A stretch of DNA of 34,597 nt from Patescibacteria group bacterium. Lineage in GTDB: Bacteria; Patescibacteriota; Microgenomatia; JACPZF01. A program made the position numbers and the translations under genes. The stretch spans positions 1 to 34,597 of the forward strand of contig JAMDAL010000012.1 of the NCBI GenBank assembly GCA_023484305.1, written 5' to 3'. The notes under the pieces are model-generated. The model was not told the origin of the DNA. It made no database searches and was given only the letters and a program-made list of their open reading frames with translations. Of the stretch, positions 25,630 through 31,858 are shown one piece after another. Numbering within the stretch: position 1 is the first letter of the stretch; each line of letters begins with the position of its first letter.

Positions 25630-26826
25630 AATTAACTCTTCCTTGCTGACAGTTTTCTGTTCTTTGGTCTTCATATTCTTAACTGTAATCAGATTATTTT
25701 TCACTTCGTCCGGTCCAATAATGACTACATAGGGAATGCCTTTTTGGTCGGCATATTTAAGCTGTTTATCCAGTTTAATATTATTATCCGGATAGATATC
25801 AGTATTGAGTCCCTGGTTTCTTAATTTTCCGACAACATCCAACGATTTTTCCAAAAGTTCCGGAGAGAAAATAGTAACTAAAACTTTGCTGGTGGTTTTA
25901 AATGTTGGCAGAAGGCCCAGTTCGTCAGCTGCTTCTAGGGTACGGTCAAACCCCAGCGCAAAACCAGTTGCAGCCACATCAATGCCGGAAATACTGCCAA
26001 CTACCTTATCATACCTTTCTCCGCCCAAAACAGAACCCCCGGCATAGCTGGGAACTATGATTTCCCAAATTGGACCGGAAGAGTAGGAAAAAGAGCGGGC
26101 GATAGACGGATCGAATTTATAGCAACCTTGTTCAAAACCGTAATCTTTTAAATATTCAAGAATAGTTTTAATAGTTTCATTTGGCTTAATGTTTTCTGCC
26201 TTTTCCAGATATTCTTTGGCTTGGGACAAACTAATGCCGCTGTCAGTCATTTCTTTTAACACGTCGTCTTTGCCAATTTTTTTTATTTTATCAATGGCGA
26301 CAATGGCATCGTAGGGCATGTCTTTTAACAGAGCTCTGTCGCTAATCAAAACCTGCACGTCTTTAAAATTAAGTCTTCTGTAAATATCTAAACTCAAGGC
26401 AATAGTTTCGGCATCAGCCACAGCTCCTGGCACGCCAAAAATATCAGCATCGCACTGCAAAAACTCCCGATAGCGTCCTTTTTGAGGCTTATCGGCCCTA
26501 TAGGCAGACTGTATCTGATATCTTTTAAAGGGAAAGGTTAGCTTAGAATAATAATTGGCAATGACTCTGGATGTGGGAACGCTTTGATCATAGCGAAGAG
26601 CCACGTCTCTGCCGCCAAAATCTTTAAACTTATAAAATAATTTTTCTCCTTCTCCGATTTGTCCCACAAAAATTTCCAACGGTTCCAAGGTTGGTGTTTC
26701 CAGGGGTTCATATCCCCAGAGTTCAAAGACCTCTATAATTTTATTCTTTAACCACTGGCGTTTCATGGCCTCTTCGGGCAAGAAATCGCGAAAACCTTTT
26801 AATGCTTGCGGTATAACTTTTTTCAT
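25612..26826 (-). CDS. hisS: Histidine--tRNA ligase
   Basis: GFRDFLPEE starts the class II HisRS region. Motif 2 is RYDQSVPTSRV...FKRYQIQSAYRADKPQKGRYREFLQCDADIFG. The C-terminal anticodon-binding domain is present (VLVTIFSPE...QLKYADQKGIPYVVIIGPDE). The ATG at 26826 follows AGGAAGG. The track start at 26844 is a TTG. Confidence 0.92.
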   Translation of the reverse strand: MKKVIPQALKGFRDFLPEEAMKRQWLKNKIIEVFELWGYEPLETPTLEPLEIFVGQIGEGEKLFYKFKDFGGRDVALRYDQSVPTSRVIANYYSKLTFPFKRYQIQSAYRADKPQKGRYREFLQCDADIFGVPGAVADAETIALSLDIYRRLNFKDVQVLISDRALLKDMPYDAIVAIDKIKKIGKDDVLKEMTDSGISLSQAKEYLEKAENIKPNETIKTILEYLKDYGFEQGCYKFDPSIARSFSYSSGPIWEIIVPSYAGGSVLGGERYDKVVGSISGIDVAATGFALGFDRTLEAADELGLLPTFKTTSKVLVTIFSPELLEKSLDVVGKLRNQGLNTDIYPDNNIKLDKQLKYADQKGIPYVVIIGPDEVKNNLITVKNMKTKEQKTVSKEELINIVRV

Positions 26827-26889
26827 ATTTTTCCTTCCTATCAAAACTATATCATCTACCTCTTAAATTGGGTAGTGATTGTTTTTATG

Positions 26890-26943
26890 TCCGATGTGTG
26901 AAGCTATTCCACATCCGATGTGGAATGCTATTGACACATCGGG
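26890..26943. repeat. Tandem 24/25-bp direct repeat with internal dyad symmetry, between the aminopeptidase stop and the hisS start
   Basis: The units are ccgatgtgtgaagctattccacat and ccgatgtggaatgctattgacacat, followed by cggg. The dyads are ttccacatc/gatgtggaa and ccgatgtgtg/cacatcgg. Confidence 0.6.
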
Positions 26944-26956
26944 AAAACCAGTAATT

Positions 26957-27949
26957 TCAGACATAAAACTCATTATTTTTCAAAATTGTTTTTCCATCCA
27001 CCTCTAAGGTGGGTAAGAGTATTACGCCATCTGAGTGAAACTGAACATTACAAGTTCCCCCATAGCTAATATTATTGCCGATTCCAATGTGGACTGTGCC
27101 AAAAACTTTTTCCACCTCTAAAATACTGGAATTAAGTTTAGCCATTTTGTTGGTGCCTACTCCCAATTCGGCAATGTTTCTGGATTTTTGCCCTAGTTTT
27201 TTAAACGTTCTTTCTAATTCTTTAGCTGCCGTTCCTCCGGAAACTTTTGTTATAAATCCGTTTTTAACTCCCAAAACAATGGGTTTATCCAGCGGTACGT
27301 CATCTAAATAGGAACAACCGTCAACTACGATTATTCCCTCGCTTGTTCCTTCTTTGGGACTCATGGCGCTTTCTCCTGCCGGTAAATTTCCCCAGGCGCC
27401 TATGTCAGTAAAAATGCCGGTGTCAGCTTCAGCTTCCATATTTTCTATTGACATAATCAGATTGGTTCCTGCCGCAGAAGAAACACGCACCTTATTGGCT
27501 CTTGTTAAAAAAGCCGCCAGCGGTTTAGTCAATTTTTCTACTTCCTGATAATCCATTTTCATCGTTCTTAAAAAGACCTCATAAGTTATCCCGGGCATAC
27601 TGGCAATGCGTACGCCTTTTTTGGTGGCGTTTCTTCTGGCATTAGTGTGGGATAAAGACATGGTTGTCACTAAAAAAAGTACATCGGTATCAGACATTAT
27701 ATTAGCCAATTTAATTTTGGGTTCCCGACCGTCATAGCCCGGAATTTTGATTTGTAACAGTTTGACATTTTTGCTGATTGTTTTTGCCGACTCAAAAATA
27801 ATATTGGCTGGTTTAATGGAGCCCGAATCGGTAATAACTAAAACTTTTTCTTTGGGTTTAACACCCATGCAAACTTTAACTGTATTTAAACCCACTGCTA
27901 ACTCATCTGGAGTTAATTTTTTTAGTATTTTAGTTTTATCATCTCGCAT
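26957..27949 (-). CDS. Aminopeptidase, M29 (aminopeptidase T/S)-like
   Basis: 330 aa. I recognise general similarity to COG2309/M29 enzymes (VLVITD..., GTNLIMSIE, EADTGI, LPAGESAMSP, VVDG, ELGVGTN, GTVHIGIGNN). Metal ligands were not verified. Confidence 0.55.
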   Translation of the reverse strand: MRDDKTKILKKLTPDELAVGLNTVKVCMGVKPKEKVLVITDSGSIKPANIIFESAKTISKNVKLLQIKIPGYDGREPKIKLANIMSDTDVLFLVTTMSLSHTNARRNATKKGVRIASMPGITYEVFLRTMKMDYQEVEKLTKPLAAFLTRANKVRVSSAAGTNLIMSIENMEAEADTGIFTDIGAWGNLPAGESAMSPKEGTSEGIIVVDGCSYLDDVPLDKPIVLGVKNGFITKVSGGTAAKELERTFKKLGQKSRNIAELGVGTNKMAKLNSSILEVEKVFGTVHIGIGNNISYGGTCNVQFHSDGVILLPTLEVDGKTILKNNEFYV

Positions 27950-27993
27950 ATGAATCCTTTCTGAAGTAAATTCCTCAGTCTAGTGTGTGAAAC

Positions 27994-29376
27994 TTACTGA
28001 GTCTGTAGTTTACGCAATTGTTCCTTTCTCCAGGCATAATAAGTATAAATATCAGAAGTTGGTGAGACAACGACAAGTTTGTCATTAGCCCCTTTTTGTA
28101 ACCAATCGGTGACCCGGAAATCTTCGATGTTAATAACACAAGCATCCATATCGCTAAGCGCCATTCCTTCGCCATAATACATAGAGTAATACCACAAAAC
28201 CCGTTCAAGTTTTTCTCTTCGTTTTATAACTCCCGGATTTATCCCGTAACTTATTAAGTATGAATCATCTTCTGGAATACAAACCGATTCTATTTCTGAT
28301 ATCAATTCAGCGTTTTGTTTAATCTTGTCATATGCTGTTGTTGTATAAACTTGTGGTTCTGGCAAACCAAAAGATAAACAGAGTTCACTCCAGGTCATTA
28401 CTAAAGAATCAATACCGTTGTATCTAGTAATATCTTCCCAAAACAAATCTAGATTTTGTCTAACCTTCTTGATAAGCAGTTTCCGTTCTTCTTCGGTTTG
28501 TGCAAATTCCCACAAGCGGGAATCTTTCGCTTCGCTATCAGGAACAACCAATGCAATGATAGCAGGTCCTAATTGTGATAAAACTTTCGCTGTTTCTTTA
28601 ATGGTCTTACCATGATAGAAAACAGGCGTTAATTCTATTCTGGGATCAATTTTTGCTGCAGGATATTTTTTTCCCCTTTCTTCCCACTGAAATCTAAAAC
28701 AATTATAAACAAGAAAAAGTTCTGGAAAGCCTCTAGCCAGATTGACCAATTTGTTCAAAAGAGTGGGGCGATCAGGAATAGGGCGTCTATTAAATTCGTT
28801 TACCTCAAAATATCTAAGCGTATCAAGAATTAATGGTGCTTTTTCAGTTGGTAAATTATCAACTGACATTATATATTCCCAGTCTTTTTCTCTTTGTTTC
28901 TTTTTTACCGGAGGTTTCTGTTGCTCTATAGCTAAAGCGTTAGTTTTTGGTACAAAAGATACTCTAGTTTTATCTCTAGCCTGTAAAAAAGCCACTCGCC
29001 GCAACTTGGCCGCAGAAAATCTTGAGCGGTCAACTACTTTTGAACCATCTCTAAAATTAAATTCCCGACTGCATCCAATAACTTTTTTGGCAGAAACCAA
29101 AGAGTAAAAAGTTTCTAATCCGTCAGTAGGTTTTATTGATTTAGGAATAAGAGCAGTTTGATAATTTTGACCATCAACACATAAATCTAATGGGTTAGTA
29201 GAAAGTTGTCCTAAAACCTTTGCCGAAGACAATCCCGTTCTTCTGGCAATTTCGATTGTTTTTATCGCTGGCAACATGTTCAGTGATGGAGTTTTTAACC
29301 ATGGCGACAATACAGCGTTTACAGCTGTTATTATTTTGTCGCGATTAATTCCAGAATCTAAATTTTCTTTAGTCAT
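27994..29376 (-). CDS. Hypothetical protein (460 aa): N-terminal HTH-like segment, Lys-rich linker, unrecognised C-terminal domain of about 290 aa
   Basis: A long clean ORF that starts 6 nt after the stop of the upstream DapF-like gene. IEIARRTGLSSAKVLGQL looks like a helix-turn-helix. The rest matches no family I recognise. It looks AT-richer than its neighbours by eye. Confidence 0.7.
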   Translation of the reverse strand: MTKENLDSGINRDKIITAVNAVLSPWLKTPSLNMLPAIKTIEIARRTGLSSAKVLGQLSTNPLDLCVDGQNYQTALIPKSIKPTDGLETFYSLVSAKKVIGCSREFNFRDGSKVVDRSRFSAAKLRRVAFLQARDKTRVSFVPKTNALAIEQQKPPVKKKQREKDWEYIMSVDNLPTEKAPLILDTLRYFEVNEFNRRPIPDRPTLLNKLVNLARGFPELFLVYNCFRFQWEERGKKYPAAKIDPRIELTPVFYHGKTIKETAKVLSQLGPAIIALVVPDSEAKDSRLWEFAQTEEERKLLIKKVRQNLDLFWEDITRYNGIDSLVMTWSELCLSFGLPEPQVYTTTAYDKIKQNAELISEIESVCIPEDDSYLISYGINPGVIKRREKLERVLWYYSMYYGEGMALSDMDACVINIEDFRVTDWLQKGANDKLVVVSPTSDIYTYYAWRKEQLRKLQTQ

Positions 29377-29382
29377 AGAAAA

Positions 29383-30204
29383 TTATATTGATATAGATTC
29401 CCGTTTACACGGGAATGACAAAGTTATATTTTTCTTTAAAATTTTTATGGGACCGTCTATTTTGGCAGAGATGAAATATTGACTGTTTTTCTTAACCGAA
29501 ACATAAATTCGCTTACAAGACGGTTGAAGAACAGGAAGGCTATCCACAATTATTTGTTTTTGAGAAAGGTAAAGACCTACAGCTGTTGTTCCGCTGGCAC
29601 AGGCAGTTTCATAGAAAAATGTTTTTATATCCCGTACCCAAACAACCGGCTCAATCGCATAGAGTCCGTTTTTCTTGTATAAAAACATCACTCCGGAGGC
29701 CGGCACAGAAGTTATAAGTCCAAGCTGTTTTAAGATTTTTAATGCTTCTTTTTTAGCCTTTTGCTGATTTATAAATTTTTCTTTTTTCTCAACTATCACA
29801 AGGGTTATACCGTAAAGCGGTATTATCATGTAATTATCTTGGTAAGAAATAACTTTCGGATTTTTATAAATTGGCATTTGGGCCCAAGCAGTATTTTTTC
29901 CTGATACTCCGGCCTTTAACAGGCGATTAACGCCAGAAACTTTTATTTCAGTTTCTCCAGGCAGTCCTTTTAGCGCCAGAAAAACTGTTGACCTTGTGGC
30001 GTTTCCACAAAATTCACCACCTGCCATTTGTAATTCAGGTTTTGAAAGGTCAATAAAACCCACCTGTTCAACGTTTTTATATTTTTTCATAATTGTGTCA
30101 TTAATAATTTTTTTCTCTTCCATTGATCTATTAATTCCCAAAACCAGAGCAGTGTCATTACCCCCCGGTTTGACAATAGTGATGTTGGAAATAATTTTTT
30201 TCAT
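29383..30204 (-). CDS. DapF-fold (diaminopimelate-epimerase-like) PLP-independent two-cysteine racemase/epimerase homologue
   Basis: 273 aa from the ATG at 30204, preceded by the strong Shine-Dalgarno AAGGGGGA (the track start at 30294 would overlap the tRNA). VKPGGNDTALVL corresponds to the GxGNDF block. GGEFCGNATRS corresponds to the first catalytic Cys block (CGNGxR). YETACASGTTAV corresponds to the second Cys block. Substrate is unknown. Confidence 0.6.
   Translation of the reverse strand: MKKIISNITIVKPGGNDTALVLGINRSMEEKKIINDTIMKKYKNVEQVGFIDLSKPELQMAGGEFCGNATRSTVFLALKGLPGETEIKVSGVNRLLKAGVSGKNTAWAQMPIYKNPKVISYQDNYMIIPLYGITLVIVEKKEKFINQQKAKKEALKILKQLGLITSVPASGVMFLYKKNGLYAIEPVVWVRDIKTFFYETACASGTTAVGLYLSQKQIIVDSLPVLQPSCKRIYVSVKKNSQYFISAKIDGPIKILKKNITLSFPCKRESISI
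29396..29419. repeat. Family A hairpin gattcccgtttacacgggaatgac inside the 3' end of the DapF-like ORF
   Basis: It is near-identical in sequence and flank (atatagattcccg...cgggaatgacaa) to 24552-24575. It encodes the terminal ...SFPCKRESISI. Confidence 0.8.
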
Positions 30205-30225
30205 AAAAATCCCCCTTTTACTATC

Positions 30226-30241
30226 AATACATCGATGTATT
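30226..30241. promoter_or_regulatory. Perfect 16-bp palindrome AATACATCGATGTATT between tRNA-His and the DapF-like Shine-Dalgarno
   Basis: The sequence is self-complementary. It may be an operator or an RNA processing hairpin. Function is unknown. Confidence 0.3.
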
Positions 30242-30251
30242 AGCAGTAAAC

Positions 30252-30327
30252 TGGGGTGGTGTACGGGAGTCGAACCCGCTAAAACTGCCTCCACAGGGCA
30301 GCGCCTGACCGTTTGGCATACACCACC
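30252..30327 (-). tRNA. tRNA-His (anticodon GTG) with genomically encoded G-1 and 3' CCA
   Basis: The manual cloverleaf has G-1 opposite C73 and an acceptor stem GTGGTGT/ACACCAC. The D stem is GCC(A)/(A)GGC. The anticodon stem CTGCC/GGCAG carries the loop CT-GTG-GA. The variable loop is TTTTA. The T arm is GCGGG-TTCGACT-CCCGT. The 3' end is C73-CCA. Confidence 0.9.
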
Positions 30328-30382
30328 AAAAAACCTCCCGTTCTTTGTCGATCATAAAAAATGATAAACAAGGAACGAGAGG
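30328..30382 (-). terminator. Intrinsic terminator of the T-box leader
   Basis: RNA sense: CCUCUCGUUCCUUG (30382-30369) pairs with CAAAGAACGGGAGG (30347-34), giving 12 Watson-Crick pairs, 1 G-U and 1 mismatch. An inner AUCAU/AUGAU extends the helix, and UUUUUU follows (30333-30328). The U-tract abuts G-1 of tRNA-His. Confidence 0.75.
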
Positions 30383-30600
30383 TAACAAAAAAGGACCTCC
30401 CGCGGTCCCATCCTTAAATTCCTAGAAGCTTTTTTCTTCTAAGCTCTTTGGTCGGCTCCGCGCTTCATTTAAACTTGCGACACCGGCTGTTGTATTTTTA
30501 CGGTTCAACTTCCGTAGAGCATTTTGGCTCTCAACTCCTGGATCGTGACTCCAGTAAAACGTTTTTATTTCGTAAGAAACAAACTTGTTTCTTAAATTGT
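30328..30600 (-). promoter_or_regulatory. Candidate T-box riboswitch leader, histidine-specific (short Stem I type)
   Basis: The T-box-like core is AAUUUAAGGAUGGGACCGCGGGAGG (30420-30396), compared with the consensus AAUUAGGGUGGNACCGCG. In the antiterminator, helix A1 is AAGGA (30415-11) / UCCUU (30374-70). The 7-nt bulge is UGGGACC (30410-04). Helix A2 is GCGGGAGG (30403-30396) / CCUCUCGU (30382-75). The A1/A2 3' strands form the 5' strand of the terminator. The Stem III-like hairpin is CUUAGAAG-AAAAAAG-CUUCUAGG (about 30421-30443). The hairpin CUGGA-GUCACGA-UCCAG (30554-30538) displays CAC. Confidence 0.65.
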
Positions 30601-30607
30601 AAAAAGA

Positions 30608-30637
30608 ATATTAACACAAGCTGTCAACTTTTGTCAA
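30608..30637 (-). promoter_or_regulatory. Sigma70-type promoter TTGACA-N17/18-TTAATAT driving the T-box leader
   Basis: Minus-strand sense: TTGACA (30637-30632), a 17-nt spacer, then TTAATA/TAATAT (30614-30608). It starts one nt after the stop codon (30639-30641) of the upstream gene. Confidence 0.55.
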
Positions 30638-30638
30638 A

Positions 30639-31385
30639 TTATTTAGCCTTGGGAGTGAGTGTCGGTGTGGGAGAAGAAGCTGTAGTCGGTTCTTTTAAAA
30701 TAATAATTCTTAAAGTTGATAAAAGAGTTTGTCCGTCTTTAGTTGTTTTTCCTATAAAACCAAAAACGTAAACAGTCTGGCCCTTTTCCAGTTGGGAAAA
30801 CCCGGATTTGGCAAGTTTATTGCCGTTGCCTATGGTGTAAGTCCGGGTGGGCGGATTAACGTCAAAAAGATAAGAAATATCCTTACCATTAGATGTCATG
30901 AGAAATTGATAATTCTTTTTATCAACAGATTTAATCTGTCCCGCCAAAAACTGGGGCATATCTCTTAAGACAACGCTGTCTGCGGTTAAAGTGTCGGTTT
31001 CTTTGTTAAAATTTCCCCAGGCAATAAGGTTATCACCGGTATTTAAGTCGCCAATTTTTAAGGTTTTGCTGTTATTGTTTTGGTCAACTCTGGAAAGCGC
31101 GGTATCAGACCCGATTTCCACATCAATATCATTATTGTTGCTGTTAAGGATTATTTTCTGATCGGAAAGGGTTTTTATGGTTCCGGCGATAGCCTGCGGC
31201 GAAAGAATTTTAAGCTCTGCGACCTTGGTGGCAATTTTTTGTTTCAGCTCTGTAATCTGCTGATCTCTGGTTTCTGATGGGGTTGCGGTTTGGGAAGCAG
31301 AGTTTTGAGCAAAGCCTGTCTTGGACGGCATAAAAATTATAATGGTTATAATTATTATAAAGGAAACAAGTACGTTTTTTTTCAT
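30639..31385 (-). CDS. Secreted hypothetical protein (signal peptide, beta-rich repeats, Pro/Thr tail)
   Basis: The ATG at 31385 (MKKNVLVSFIIIITIIIFMPSKTGFAQ) gives 248 aa. It overlaps the upstream stop by 4 nt (ATGA). The track start at 31442 is an extension. Confidence 0.65.
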   Translation of the reverse strand: MKKNVLVSFIIIITIIIFMPSKTGFAQNSASQTATPSETRDQQITELKQKIATKVAELKILSPQAIAGTIKTLSDQKIILNSNNNDIDVEIGSDTALSRVDQNNNSKTLKIGDLNTGDNLIAWGNFNKETDTLTADSVVLRDMPQFLAGQIKSVDKKNYQFLMTSNGKDISYLFDVNPPTRTYTIGNGNKLAKSGFSQLEKGQTVYVFGFIGKTTKDGQTLLSTLRIIILKEPTTASSPTPTLTPKAK

Positions 31386-31822
31386 GTTTTTTTCTGATAG
31401 ACAATAATTAATATTTGCTGTTTGGTTTGTCCATCCGGCCAAAGAGCGGTAACTGCAATTTCGTTGTCGCCTTCGTCTAAAGATATATCAGATTTGAACG
31501 CGCCGTTATTATCGGCCTTAACCGGGGTATCCCCGCCAATTTGGGAAATAATTACCAATGAAAAATCCAGTGCCCGGCCCGAAACGGTTATGGTTTTGTT
31601 ATTAACCACGCTGTTGTTAACAGGCTGGGAAACAAGAAGCTCCGGGATTGCGGTTTTTAAGGTTGGGGCTGGCGCGGAATTGGTTTTTACCATAACGGAT
31701 TTTTGGGGCAAGGTTAAATGCATTTTTCCGGATTTAACCAGCCAAAGCGAAACCGCCACCATTGTTCCCAAAAAGATGCCGATAATTATCGCAATAACCG
31801 TTTCCCAAGTCGTTCGTTCCAT
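31382..31822 (-). CDS. Membrane-anchored hypothetical protein with an Ig-like beta-sandwich segment
   Basis: 146 aa with an N-terminal TM helix (VIAIIIGIFLGTMVAVSLWLV). The C-terminal ITVSGRA...DNNGAFKSDISLDEGDNEIAVTA pattern is typical of bacterial Ig-like domains. Confidence 0.6.
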   Translation of the reverse strand: MERTTWETVIAIIIGIFLGTMVAVSLWLVKSGKMHLTLPQKSVMVKTNSAPAPTLKTAIPELLVSQPVNNSVVNNKTITVSGRALDFSLVIISQIGGDTPVKADNNGAFKSDISLDEGDNEIAVTALWPDGQTKQQILIIVYQKKT

Positions 31823-31858
31823 ATAAGTCGCAAACTAACTTAGCAATTTTTAGGCTAC

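Noticed and set aside
27975-28208. A 77-aa minus-strand ORF overlapping the 3' end of the 460-aa gene in another frame.
   Set aside because: It is fully nested in the longer ORF's 3' region and has no independent start signals.
29382-29387. A TATAAT box 5 nt upstream of the ATG of the 460-aa orphan, considered as an independent leaderless promoter.
   Set aside because: The spacing is one nt shorter than in the recurrent N6-N10 pattern. The hexamer is part of the conserved flank of the family A repeat (compare 24541-24551). It overlaps the upstream stop codon. I left it as a possibility only.
30393-30409. The small hairpin GGGACC-GCGGGA-GGUCC followed by U6, considered as the T-box terminator.
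   Set aside because: It is only 5-6 bp and has the wrong topology, because the T-box bulge would form the 5' strand of the terminator. The downstream 14-position helix plus U6 gives the canonical arrangement. The small hairpin may still act as an additional sequestering or pause structure.
30340-30600. I considered SRP (4.5S) RNA, 6S RNA, tmRNA, RNase P RNA or a PyrR-binding attenuator for this structured non-coding stretch.
   Set aside because: The diagnostic motifs are absent. There is no GGAAGCAGCC-type SRP helix 8, no tRNA-like end with CCA for tmRNA, and no GAGGAAAGUCC for RNase P. UCCAGGAGUUGAGAGCC only loosely resembles the PyrR box UCCAGAGAGG. The T-box antiterminator/terminator logic fits much better.
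30448-30771. A 107-aa plus-strand ORF covering the tRNA-His upstream region.
   Set aside because: It lies antisense to the promoter, T-box leader and 3' end of the minus-strand secreted-protein gene. It has low-complexity content and no start context. The region is better explained as structured RNA.
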